The translations under genes and the position numbers were made by a program. A stretch of 64,000 nt of DNA from Eledone cirrhosa (taxonomy: Eukaryota). How positions within the stretch are numbered: position 1 is the first letter of the stretch; the number at the start of each line of letters is the position of its first letter. The stretch spans positions 28,148,001 to 28,212,000 of the forward strand of contig OZ024742.1 of the NCBI GenBank assembly GCA_964016885.1, given 5' to 3'. The notes beneath the pieces were generated by a model. It was not told where the DNA came from, did no database searches, and saw nothing but the letters and a program-made list of their open reading frames with translations. Below, in pieces: positions 26,001 through 38,245 of this stretch.

Positions 26001-29000
26001 GTGGTGGTGTTGTTGTTGTTGTCATGTTTATTGGTGCGGTGGTGGTGGTGTTGTTGTTGTCATGTTTATTGGAGTGGCGGTGGAGTTTTGTTGTTGTCAT
26101 GTTTATTGGTGTGGTGGTGGTGGTGTTGTTGTTGTCATGTTTATTGGTGTGGTGGTGGTGGTGTTGTTGTTGTCATGTTTATTGGTGTGGTGTTGGTGGT
26201 GTTGTTGTCATGTTTATTGGTGTGGCGGTGGAGATTTGTTGTTGTCATGTTTATCGGTGTGGTGGTGGTGGTGTTGTTGTTGTCATGTTTATTGGTGTGG
26301 TGGTGGTGGTGTTGTTGTTGTCATGTTTATAGGTGTGGTGGTGGTGGTGTTGTTGTCATGTTTATTGGTGTAGTGGTGGTGGTGTTGTTGTTGTCATGTT
26401 TATTGGTGTGGTGGTGTTGTTGTTGTTGTCATGTATATTTGTGTGGTGGTGGTGGTGTTGTTGTCATGTTTATTGGTGTGGTGGTGGTGTTGTTGTTGTC
26501 ATGTTTTTTAGTGTGGTGGTGGTGGTGCTGTTGTCATGTTTATTGCTGTGGTGTTGGTGTTGTTGTTGTCATGTTTATTGGTGTGGTGGTGGTGTTGTTG
26601 TTGTCATGTTTATTGGTGTGGTGGTGGTGTTGTTGTTGTCATGTTTATTGCTGTGGTGTTGGTGTTGTTGTTGTCATGTATATTTGTGTGGTGGTGGTGG
26701 TGTTGTTGTTGTCATGTTTATTGGTGTGGTGGTGTTGTTTTTGTTGTCATGTTTATTGGTGTGGTGGTGGTGTTGCTGTTGTCATGTTTATTCATGTGGT
26801 GGTGGTGGTGTTGTTGTCATATTTATTGGTGTGGTGGTGGTGGTGTTGTTGTCATATTTATTGGTGTGGTGGTGTTGTTGTTGTTGTCATGCTTATTGAT
26901 GTGGTGGTGTTGTTTTTGTTGTCATGTTTATTGGTGTGGTGGTGGTGGTGGTGTTGTTGTCATGTTTATTGGTGTGGTGGTGGTGGTGTTGTTGTCATGT
27001 TTATTGGTGTGGTGGTGGTGTTGTTGTTGTGATGTTTATTGGTGTGGTGGTGGTTTTGTTGTTGTCATGTTTATTGGTGTGGTGGTGGAGGTGTTGTTGT
27101 TGTCATGTTTATTGGTGTGGTAGTAGTGTTGTTGTTTTCATGTTTATTGGTGTGGTGGTGGTGGTGTTGTTTTTGTCATGTTTATTGGTGTGGTGGTGTT
27201 GTTGTCATGTCTATTGGTGTGGTGGTGGTGGTGTTGTTGTCATGTTTATTGGTGTGGTGGTGGTGTTGTTGTTGTCATGTTTATTGGTGTGGTGGTGGTG
27301 TTGTTGTTGTCATGTTTATTGGTGTGTTGGTGTTGTTGTTGTTGTCATGTTTATTGGTGTGGTGGTGGTGGTGTTGTTGTTGTCATGTTTATTGGTGTGG
27401 TGGTGGTGGTGGTGGTGGTGTTGTCATGTTTATTGGTGTGGTGGTGGTGTTGTTGTTGTCATATTTATTGGTGTGGTGGTGGTGTTGTTGTTGTCATGTT
27501 TATTGGTGTGGTGGTGTTGTTGTTCTTGTCATGTTTATTGGTGTGGTGGTGGTGGTGTTATTGTCATGTTTATTGGTGTGGTGGTGGTGGTGTTGTTGTT
27601 GTCATGTTTATTGGTGTTGGTGGTGTTGTTGTTGTCATGTATATCGGTGTGGTGGTGTTGTTGTTGTTGTCATGTTTATTGGTGTGGTGGTGGTGGTGTT
27701 GTTGTTGTCATGTTTATTGGTGTGATGGTGGTGTTGTTGTTGTCATGTTTATTGGTGTGGTGGTGGTGTTGTTGTTGTCATGTTTATTGGTGTGGTGGTG
27801 TTGTTGTTGTTGTCATGTTTATTGGTGTGGTGTTGGTGGTGTTGTTGTTGTTGTCATGTTTATTGGTGTGGTGGTGTTGTTGTCATGTTTATTGGTGTCA
27901 TGGTGGTAGTGTTGTTGTTGCATGTTTATTGGTGTGATGGTGGTATTGTTGTTGTCATGTTTATTGGTGTGGTGGTGGTGTTGTTGTTGTCATGTTTATT
28001 GGTGTGGTGGTGGTGGTGTTGTTGTTGTCATGTTTATTGGTGTGGTGGTGGTGGTGTTGTTGTCATGTTTATTGGTGTGGTGGTGGTGGTGGTGTTGTTG
28101 TCATGTTTATTGGTGCCGTGGTGGTGGTGTTGTTGTTGTCATGTTTATTGGTGTGGTGGTGTTATTGTCATGTTTATTGGTGTGGTGGTGTTATTGTCAT
28201 GTTTATTGGTGTGGTGGTGTTATTGTCATGTTTATTGGTGTGGTGGTGGTGTTGTTGTTGTTGTCATATATATTGGTGTGGTGGTGGTGGTGTTGTTGTT
28301 GTCATGTTTATTGGTGTGGTGGTGGTGGTGGTGTTGTTGTTGTCATGTTTATTGGTGTGGTGGTGGTGTTGTTGTCATGTTTATTGGTGTGGTGGTGGTG
28401 GTGTTGTTGTTGTCATGTTTATTGGTGTGGTGGTGTTGTTGTTGTTGTCATGTTTATTGGTGTGGTGGTGGTGGTGTTGTTGTCATGTTTATTGGTGTGG
28501 TGGTGGTGGTGTTGTTGTTGTCATGTTTATTGGTGTGGTGGTGTTGTTGTTGTCATATTTATTGGTGTGGTGGTGGTGGTGTTGTTGTTGTTGTCATGTT
28601 TATTGGTGCGGTGGTGGTGGTGTTGTTGTTGTCATGTTTATTGGAGTGGCGGTGGAGTTTTGTTGTTGTCATGTTTATTGGTGTGGTGGTGGTGGTGTTG
28701 TTGTTGTCATGTTTATTGGTGTGGTGGTGGTGGTGTTGTTGTTGTCATGTTTATTGGTGTGGTGTTGGTGGTGTTGTTGTCATGTTTATTGGTGTGGCGG
28801 TGGAGATTTGTTGTTGTCATGTTTATCGGTGTGGTGGTGGTGGTGTTGTTGTTGTCATGTTTATTGGTGTGGTGGTGGTGGTGTTGTTGTTGTCATGTTT
28901 ATAGGTGTGGTGGTGGTGGTGTTGTTGTCATGTTTATTGGTGTAGTGGTGGTGGTGTTGTTGTTGTCATGTTTATTGGTGTGGTGGTGTTGTTGTTGTTG

Positions 29001-29810
29001 TCATGTATATTTGTGTGGTGGTGGTGGTGTTGTTGTCATGTTTATTGGTGTGGTGGTGGTGTTGTTGTTGTCATGTTTTTTAGTGTGGTGGTGGTGGTGC
29101 TGTTGTCATGTTTATTGCTGTGGTGTTGGTGTTGTTGTTGTCATGTTTATTGGTGTGGTGGTGGTGTTGTTGTTGTCATGTTTATTGGTGTGGTGGTGGT
29201 GTTGTTGTTGTCATGTTTATTGCTGTGGTGTTGGTGTTGTTGTTGTCATGTATATTTGTGTGGTGGTGGTGGTGTTGTTGTTGTCATGTTTATTGGTGTG
29301 GTGGTGTTGGTGTTGTTGTCATGTTTATTGGTGTGGTGGTGGTGGTGGTGTTGTTGTCATGTTTATTGTTGTGGTGGTGGTGTTGTTGTCATGTTTATTG
29401 GTGTGGTGGTGGTGGTGGTGTTGTTGTCATGTTTATTGGTGTGGTGGTGGTGGTGTTGTTGTCATGTTTATTGGTGTGGTGGTGTTGGTGTTGTTGTCAT
29501 GTTTATTGGTGTGGTGGTGGTGGTGCTGTTGTCATGTTTATTGGTGTGGTGGTGGTGTTGTTGTCATGTTTATTGGTGTGGTGGTGGTGGTGTTGTTGTT
29601 GTCATGTATATTGGTTTGGTGGTGGTGGTGGTGTTGTTGTCATGTTTATTGGTGTGGTGGTGTTGTTGTTGTTGTCATGTATATTGGTGTGGTGGTGGTG
29701 GTGGTGTTGTTGTCATGTTTACTGGTGTGGTGGTGGTGGTGGTGTTGTCATGTTTATTGGTGTGGTGGTGGTGGTGTTGTTGTCATGTTTATTGGTGTGG
29801 TGGTGGTGGT
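11031..29810. repeat. ~18.8-kb satellite array; unit GTCATGTTTATTGGTGT(GGT)n(GTT)m, mostly 29-44 bp
   Basis: Constant core with variable triplet counts. Roughly 500-550 units (length divided by ~35 bp, estimated). Higher-order duplications at offsets 2572, 3419, 2729/2837 and 11458 bp are inferred from identical translated ORFs. Confidence 0.97.
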
Positions 29811-30182
29811 CTTTTGGTTATTGATGATGTGGTTGTTACCATGTTTGTAGCTTTTATTGCTGTTGTTGTTGTTGGCAATAGTGGGGTTTTCACAGGTTGG
29901 AGACTATGTGTCTTCTGATTTTTATGTTGTTGTCAGGGATGTTGTTATTGTTGTAGCTGTCTATTGACAATTACTGCCAGACCCAAAGACAGGATGCAAC
30001 AAACCATACCACTAATTGACCACTAATTGACCATACCCCTGATAATACACACATACACATATATACGCATGTACATGCACATATACACAAGATCAAACAC
30101 ATACATACATATACATACAAACATACATACATACAGAGATCCATGCAAATTGACTGGAATCCATAGTAAACAGGAAATGTTT

Positions 30183-30267
<85 letters not shown>

Positions 30268-30269
<2 letters not shown>

Positions 30270-30430
30270 AAGAAGAAAATGTGAAGTTGAAGGTGTTAGA
30301 GTACTTTATTATATGAACAGTTATATATATTTCAATGACGATAAACAAGATGTTTATAATCATTGAAATATATATAACAGCTCATATAATAAAGTATTCT
30401 AACACCTTCAACTTCACATTTTCATCTTTA
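30268..30430. repeat. Fold-back palindrome built from mirrored hammerhead 3' halves
   Basis: Arms of about 80 bp around loop AGA (30348-30350). The right arm has GAAA(30365-30368)-TATATA-TA, the same ATATATAT stem III as the intact HHR at 56403-56410. Confidence 0.8.
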
Positions 30431-30502
30431 TTAAAATACTCCGTCACCTCTGTCATTGGGAATATGGCATTGAGTGCTAGAAGTGAATTGCATCCTTGTA
30501 TA

Positions 30503-30561
<59 letters not shown>

Positions 30562-30624
30562 ACTGGATACATGAATGTTTTCCAGGGTATATGTGAATTT
30601 GTGTATACACACACATCTGTATGT

Positions 30625-30888
30625 ATCATCATCATCATCATTTTATGTCCGCTTTTCCCTGCTTGCAAGGGTGGGACGGGAACTGATTCTGGCTTGATTT
30701 CTGCAGCTGGATGCCCTTCCTAACACCAACGTCATTTACAGTGAGTGCTGGGTGCTTTTTTGCCGTGGCACTTCCACGACCATTTCTACAGCTGAGTAAA
30801 CTGGAGCAATGTGAAATAAAGTGTCTTGCTCAAGGAAACAACACATCACCCGGTCTGAGAATTGAACTCACAACCTTTTGATTGCAAG
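30625..30888 (-). mobile_element. tRNA-derived CORE-like SINE with RTE-related tail
   Basis: Reverse-complement match to 49690-49988, with an internal deletion. Confidence 0.85.
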
Positions 30889-30889
30889 G

Positions 30890-31590
30890 GATAGGGGAGG
30901 GGGAGAGTGTAAGAGGTTGAGAGAGAGACAGAGAGAATGGAGAGAAAGTTGTAATATGAAAGAGGGGCACATTGAAAGAGAGAGAGTGGAGAGAGAGTAA
31001 GAGATTGAAGGAGAGAATAGAGAGTGTAAGAGGTTGAGGGAGAGGTTGTAGAGAGAGAAAGAGGTTGAGAGAGGCAAAAAGAAAGAGAGGGAGAGAGAGG
31101 AAGCAAGAAGCGGAGAGAAATGATAGAGAGAGAAAAAAGAGACAATGAGAGGTAGAGAAAATGGTAGAAAGAGAAAGAGACAGAAAGAGAGATTGTGTGG
31201 TAGAGAGAAAAAAGGAAAAGGTGCTAGAGAAAGGGAGCAAGAGGTAGAAAAGACAGAATAAGAGAGAGAGGGGGGAAGACAGGCAGACAGACATAGAGAG
31301 AAACAGAATGAGACAGTAAGAGGGAGAGAGTGAGAAAGAGGAGGGGGGGGGAGATAAGGGGATAGGGAGGGAGGGTGAGAGAGAGGGGGAGAGAGAGAGA
31401 GAGAGAGAGAGGGTGAGAGAGAGAGAGGGTGAGAGGGTGAGAGAGAGAGAGGGTGAGAGAGAGTGAGAGAGGGTGAGAGAGAGTGAGAGATAGTGAGAGA
31501 GAGAGTGAGAGAGAGAGTGAGAGAGAGAGTGAGAGAGAGAGTGAGAGAGAGAGTGAAGGAGAGAGTGAGAGAGAGAGTGAGAGAGAGTGA
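30890..31590. repeat. Polypurine (GA-rich) tract ending in (GAGAGAGAGAGT)n
   Basis: Direct reading; the + strand is almost free of pyrimidines. Confidence 0.9.
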
Positions 31591-31982
31591 CGAGTAAATG
31601 TGGAAGAAAAATGGAATGGAAATATGTTATTACTACCAGAGGATGTAAAATAGAGAAGAAAATGTATGTGTATATGTATCTATATCTGTATATATATATA
31701 TATATATGTGTGTGCGTGGGGGGGGGGGGGGGGGTTATATGTACACATATATATATATATATACACACACATATATATATATATACACACACACATATAT
31801 ATATATATACACCCACACATATATATACACACATATATATATACACACATCTACATATATACACACATATATATATATGCAAACACATGCACATATGTAT
31901 ATATATATATATATATGTGTGTATGTGTGTTTAGCGTGGAAGGTGGATGTTAAACGGTGATGATGATATACATACATAAATA

Positions 31983-32013
<31 letters not shown>

Positions 32014-32121
32014 GTTTGTGTGTGTGTATATATATATATATATGTATGTGTGTGTACATTGGTGTATATCTGTATATATACCTATAAATGAACATACATG
32101 TGGGTGAGGTCTATATGTATA

Positions 32122-32157
<36 letters not shown>

Positions 32158-32569
32158 CCTATACATGGACATACACGTGTGTGTGTGTTTTTATACATAT
32201 AAATGTGTATGTATATATATATATAAACATACACACACATACACAAAATACCTAAGTCTAAAAAATAATGTAAGTCCATAGAAGGAAATGTAAATATTGT
32301 AATTATAGTAGAATATATTCTAGTCCGTTACTGGGGAGGGAAAGGGGCTGAGGAGAGAAAGAAGAAGAGGAAGAAGAAAGAGGGGGAGGAGGAGGAGGGT
32401 AGATCTGAGAAATGAAGAAAATATAAGAGCTAAGGCTTTCAAATGGAATATATCCAGAGAATTGTCCAATATGTTGGTAAGAAAGTATTTTTTTATTGTT
32501 TCAATTGTTGGAAATTCTATTGAAATTTGAAGGACAAATGGAGAAATCTTCTTTTGAGAATTGGCAGGA

Positions 32570-33210
32570 AGATTGGATGGATGTTTAAGTTACTAGAATT
32601 ACAATTACAAGTTTAGCAAAATATGGAAAACCACAGCCAATAGTTATTAGAAAATTACATAATCTGAAATATGTAAAGATAACAACTATAATTGCTCGAA
32701 AATGGTTACAATTTGCAGGACATTGCTGGAGAAGTAAGCAGGAAGTTATAGACAAGCTGATGATCTATTTATTTATCTATTGTGGGAACCAATTCATGGG
32801 AGACACAGTAGAGGAAGACTTGCTTGAACCTTCATCAATCAACTCTCAGATGATATAAACCTCAGTAGGGAACAGTTGCCAGGAGCAATAGAATGTCATG
32901 AATTGTGGAGAGACTTTGTCAGGAATATTCGACTGTGGTCGTAATGATAATGTTAGTGATCTATCTCTCACTCTCTAGCTACCCCTCACTGCCATTCACA
33001 GTAGCTATCACTGTCTCGATCTATCTATTGTGGTAACCAACTCTAGGGAGATGCAGCAGAGAAAAACTTGCTCAAATATTCATTGATCAACTCTCAGATA
33101 ATACAAACCTCAGTAGGGAACAGTTACCAGGAGCAATGGACAAATAGTGAATTGTGGAGAAACTTTGTCAGGAATGTTAGACTGTGGTGACAATGATGAT
33201 GATGATGATA
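32570..33210 (+). mobile_element. RTE-clade LINE 3' end, with its last ~170 bp tandemly duplicated
   Basis: KITTIIARKWLQFAGHCWRSKQEVIDKL..LLWEPIHGRHSRGR...TFINQLSDDINLSREQLPGAIECHELWRDFVRNIR. A second copy of the end lies at about 33020-33200, followed by (ATG)n. Confidence 0.8.
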
Positions 33211-33649
33211 ATCTGTTAGGCCTTCTTGGACTTCAGGAAGAAAATAAATCCTTTCTTTGCATTTTAATATATATGTCCATATATGACCCATACTACATGA
33301 AATCACATTAGGAAATTATTCTTGAAAAGTATAAAACGGAACTATGGCTGCATCACATTAAATATTGAAATCTTTATTTTATTGCACATTTCCACAATGA
33401 TCTGTCCTCCACTAAAGAGACTATATACATTTATTACAAAACAGTACCATGGCCACATCAAATTAAAAGTTAGTCTTCGCTTTAATACTGCAAACTTTCA
33501 TACCATTCTGTCTACTAGTAAAGATACTATAAACATTTAGTACAAAACAGTACTATGTCTGTATCACATTAAAAAGTAACGTTTTGCTTTAATACAGCAA
33601 ATTATCACACCACTCTCTTTACTAATAAAGATATTATAAATATTTGAAT

Positions 33650-33856
33650 CAACACTTTAGCATTTACATTACTCTCTATATATTATTGTATTTTCATGGT
33701 ATTTTCACAATATCTCACATAACATCGAATCTATGAGATTTTGATATTATTTATTTTGAGAAGAATACTTTAACGTCAGTATAAGTGGCAAGTTACAGGT
33801 GGTTTGCACAGAAAGACATGAGAGAATTCTGACCAGTTTAAATGCTAAAGGGTTAA
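33650..33856. mobile_element. piggyBac-like TTAA MITE (empty-site version)
   Basis: Termini AACACTTTAGCATTTA ... TAAATGCTAAAGGGTTAA; homologous to 38948-39538. Confidence 0.75.
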
Positions 33857-34920
33857 CAAACTTTTCTTTATTCTCAGCTAAACTTTAACAGGATGTTAAG
33901 AGTTAAAAGAAGTCTTTTGATATTGTCTTATCATTTGCAATATTATATTATCATGTTTACCAGAGAGTTTATTTATTGGTGGAAGTATCTTTTTGTGCAA
34001 AACAATGTTATCTTTCCTGTGGCTAGCTCTATATTGATGAACAGCATATGAAAGGCTTTCTCTTCTCTTGTTTCATTATTTTTCTAAACTCCAAACCAAT
34101 TCACCTGATGCTGGCTAGCATTGTAGAATACCAAAGCACCTGAGACCATATTTACCTAATCATATTTAAATCAAAATATTTAGTGCTATTATAAAGTACA
34201 GCTAGTACACTCTGAATGGCTGTTGGTGTTAAACAGAGCATCCAACTATAGAAATGATGTGTAATATAGAACAAATGAATAACATATGATCATATGACCA
34301 GTTTAGCCTCATGTGACCTGTTGAAACTACCACAGCATATGAAACAGATATAAAAATGAGGAGGAAGAGGAGGAGGAGGATTAGGAAGAGGAGAATTATG
34401 ATAAGGATGGGGATTAGGAAGGGGAGGAGAAGGAGGAGGAAGAAGATGAGAGGGAAGGGAGGTGGTGAGGAGGAGGAAGTGGATTACTTCAATAGTAAAT
34501 ACACATAATTTCACAAGATAAATACACTCAACATTCCATTCAACACTTTTAGACATGAATTTCAAGGTTTTCAAATTCTTTAAATAATTTTCCAAACACT
34601 TTTTTATTTCTTTATTCTAATAGTTTCCTACATTTTTTTTTAATTATGTAAAATTATATAGTTTTCAAATTTAGTAATTACAAGCCTGAATTTATATGAT
34701 TTTTCAAAAGCAGCAAATAAAAGATATGCTGTGCTGAAAAGAACCCATCCAACCCATGCAAGCATGGAAAAACAGGCATAAAAATGATGATGATCATCAT
34801 CAAGAGGTGATGGACTTTCAACAGGATTTTTGTTTCCATGTGTGACACCAGTACTGGACAGGTCTATGGAATATGATGATTCCCAGAAAAGGAAAACATG
34901 CATCTGGTCCACCCTGTAAA

Positions 34921-35825
34921 TAGCTGTATACAGTTTTAAATAGATGGCTGGAGAGCGGCTAACAAAGGTCTTGCTGAGTGATGCCAAGACACCCTCGGCC
35001 TTCTTGACAATCTTAGAGACATGCTTTGTCCGATGCAAATCGCTGCCGACAGTAATGCCCAGGTCACGTTCACAAGAGGACTTCTTGATTGTAGGAAAGA
35101 GTTGTGGATTTCAGGATCAGTCCTTTTGATTTCAAGGTACAGCTTGATGTCATCTGCATATTTCAGTACCGTGGCATTCTGTAAGTTGGCATCTATGTCA
35201 TTAATATATGCCACAAACAAAAGGGGACCAAGAACAGATCCCTGTGGTACACCAGATGACATCTCATATGGTGAAGAATGCTGTCCTAGAACCGTGACTA
35301 CCTCTTTTCGGCTGAGAATGAAGGATTTCAACCAGTCGAAAAGATCATCCCTCACACCCATTGCAGAGAGTTTTGCCATAAGTCTTTTGTGTGGCACAGA
35401 ATTAAAAGCCTTAGCAAAGTCAAGGTAAACAACATCCACCCATGAGCCGCTGTCAGTGATCCGGGTGATGTCTTCAAGGAACTCGATAAGCTGATCACAG
35501 CAGCTGGAGTTAGGGATAAATCCAAACTGTGAGGGCCGGATGAGGCTGTGAGAGCTCCAGAAGTTCCAAAGTGTTTCTCTGATACAGGATTCCATCAGTT
35601 TGGCCATACAGCTAGTAAGACTGACTGGACGATAGTTGACATGTGACATGTGGTTGCCCTTTTTGAACAGGGGAATGACACTGGCAGTTTTCCACTGCTC
35701 CGGAGTAGCACCATTGTTGAGACAGTATTGAAAGAAGAAAGAAAGCTGGCGCAAAAGGAAATACCCGCCACATTTGAGAAGCAGGTATGTAATACAATCA
35801 AGACCAGGGGAGGCATAGTTGCGCT
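34921..35825 (-). mobile_element. CR1/L2-group LINE reverse transcriptase fragment, internally deleted
   Basis: SPGLD, WKTASVIPLFKKG, NYRPVSLTS, QFGF, VYLDFAKAFNSVPH, SGVPQGSVLGPLLF and YADD. After SFLQS it jumps to the ERDLG...HVSKIVKKA...LKLYTA segment in another frame. Confidence 0.93.
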
Positions 35826-35829
35826 TATT

Positions 35830-36190
35830 ATACACCCAGTCTACCCTGTAAAGTGGTAGTGCTGGTACCATAATAGAATACACCCAGTCCACCCTGTAAA
35901 GTGGTAGTGCTGGTACCATGATAGAATACACCAGTCCACCCTGTAATGTGGTAGTGCTGGTACCATGATAGAATACACCCTGTGCACCCTGTAAAGTGGT
36001 AGTGCTGGTACCATGACAGAATACACCCAGTCCACCCTGTAAAGTGGTAGTGCTGGTACCCTGATAGAATACACCCAGTCCACCCTGTAAAGTGGTAGTG
36101 CTGGTACCATGATAGAATACACTCAGTGCACCCTGTAAAGTGGTAGTGCTGGTACCATGATAGAATACACCCAGTCTACCCTGTAAAGTG
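35830..36190. repeat. 48-bp minisatellite, about 7.5 copies
   Basis: Unit GATAGAATACACCCAGTCCACCCTGTAAAGTGGTAGTGCTGGTACCAT. Confidence 0.95.
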
Positions 36191-36274
36191 AGCTCAGGAT
36201 ATAGAAAGCTATAACTATATGCTGTAAAGCAGGATGTCTACTACTTTTCTGATGCTGCCAATCCAGCATCCGCA

Positions 36275-36540
36275 AATGATATAATATCAAATAGCACATT
36301 ATATTATATAGTACATTATATAATATCATATGGTACATTATATAATGTAGTTCAATATTATAGTACATTATATTATATAGTATAATATAATATCAAATAG
36401 TACATTATATGATATAGTACAATATAACATTATATAGTACATTATATAATATAGTACAATATAATATAGTACATTACAATATAGTACAATATAATAATAT
36501 ATAGTACATTATATAATATGGTACAATATAATATCATCTA
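36275..36540. repeat. AT-rich short-period minisatellite (ATATAGTACA(T/A)TAT core)
   Basis: Direct reading. Confidence 0.85.
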
Positions 36541-37254
36541 CTAATATAAAAGCCTTGTGTATTTATCCATCACACACCAGAGATGACTGAGGAAGGAAGG
36601 GGTGAAGAACTTAGAAGTCTAATGCTCTAAGATTCATCACGGCTGTGTGTTTATATGTTTCAATCACTTGTGTGAGTGAACGCGAAGGAACCAACCAACC
36701 AACAATAGGCATCTCTTTTTTATATTACGTATAGATATTACAATTAGCCATCATTTTTGATGGCAAGTGATATGATTGGTAAGATGAAGGTAAGGAAAAA
36801 GAAAGTTACCCTCATCGTACCATCCATTTTCCATTGTTTAACCTTATTACATATATTACTTTCCTCATTATATATTATATATAATGCTTCAAACTAAAAC
36901 ATTTTATTATCATATAGTTCATTCTATCACAGTACAATATAACAGCAATATAACATGATGTTGGCTACTAACTCACTTTATATGGTGATATTTAAACAAA
37001 ATTTACATATTCTATATTTCAAGCGTTATCTGTTGTTATCTATAATTAGAGTAGTTTTCAGATAAATTCTATTATAAATTTATAGAACTTTTTGTTAATT
37101 TGTATCCAAAACATCAATTTACTATATTAATATATTAATAAACAAAAAACAGTTAGCTGTTTTACAAAACCAAATGCAATTAATGATAGATTATATACAT
37201 TTATTGTTGAACAGAAGTATATAATTGTAAAAATGTTTTGTTTTTTTAATGTAG

Positions 37255-37512
37255 GTGGAGAAATTCAAGTATCTCAGGGCTATGTTCTTAATTGATGGAA
37301 GACAGGAGGCTGAATTAAGTTCAAGAATTGCTGGGGCTGGTGCAGTAATGCACCAGCTTCATTATTCAGTAATCAGAAGAAGATGTAAATGCCAAACTTC
37401 CTATCTTCAATTTGGTATTCATGCCAACCATTACCTTTGGTCATGAATCTTGGGTAACTGAAAGAATACGATTGTAAATACATGTGGCTAAAATGGGAGT
37501 TCCTCTGAAGGG
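37255..37512 (+). mobile_element. RTE (Expander/Rex3-like) LINE fragment just C-terminal to the RT
   Basis: VEKFKYL.AMF..DGRQEAELSSRIAGAGAVM...AKLPIFNLVFMPTITFGHESWVTERIR, with a frameshift and a stop. Confidence 0.8.
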
Positions 37513-37694
37513 TCTTATTATAAGTTGATTGAAACACAAAAGAGGTGTATTTTAATTATATGTATCATATCATATATATTCAAGTATCAGTGGTTGATGA
37601 AGACCATGGCTTGTTGACACAATTGGACTTTATATGTTGACAGATGGCTGCTGAGGTCAATTCTAGCATGGAAATGATAGTCAATTAATGATAG

Positions 37695-38245
37695 ATTAGA
37701 TCGACCCCAGTGTGTTACTGGTTATTTATTTTATTGACCCCCGTAAGGATGAAAAGTAAAACTAACCTCGGTGGGATTTGAACTTAGAACATAAACAACT
37801 GGAACTCTATGCTGCAAAACAAGGTGTCCGACACTACTGATACTGCCAATTCACCACCCTTAATTGTTTCACATTTAGGCACAAAGTCAGCAGTTTTGAG
37901 TTAAGGAGAGGAAAGTTTATAAGGTGCAAGTGAAGTACTATTCCAGTATTTGAATTGCAATTTATCTTACTGACATGAGAAAGATGAAAGTTAAAGTTAA
38001 CCTCAATGGGATTAGAAACAAGACCATAGAAGGCTGTATTCAACTACTTTGATGTATTTCATTCAATGAACTCAAGATTCTGCCAACCATATTAATTGTT
38101 TCTACTTTTGATATAGGGCCAGCAATTTGAAGGGAAAGGGAATGTCGATTAAACCAATTCCAGTGCATTACTGGTACTTTATTTTATCGCCTCGTAAGGA
38201 TGAAATATAAAGCTAACCTTGGTGGTATTTGAACACTGAGTGATA
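37695..38245 (-). mobile_element. Cluster of about three degenerate Meta-domain SINEs
   Basis: CTGGT.CTTTATTTTAT.GACCCC..AAGGATGAAA...AACCTCGG.GGGATTTGAAC motifs at about 37720, 37950 and 38170. Confidence 0.7.

Noticed and set aside
11031-29810. CRISPR-like repeat-spacer array or telomeric repeat
   Set aside because: The intervening sequences are only (GGT)n(GTT)m rather than unique spacers, there are no cas genes, the context is eukaryotic, and there is no TTAGGG-type unit.
11085-29918. Long Val/Cys/Trp-rich ORFs up to 1208 aa
   Set aside because: Artefact of a G/T satellite with no stop codon in any + frame. All three frames give the same rotating peptide.
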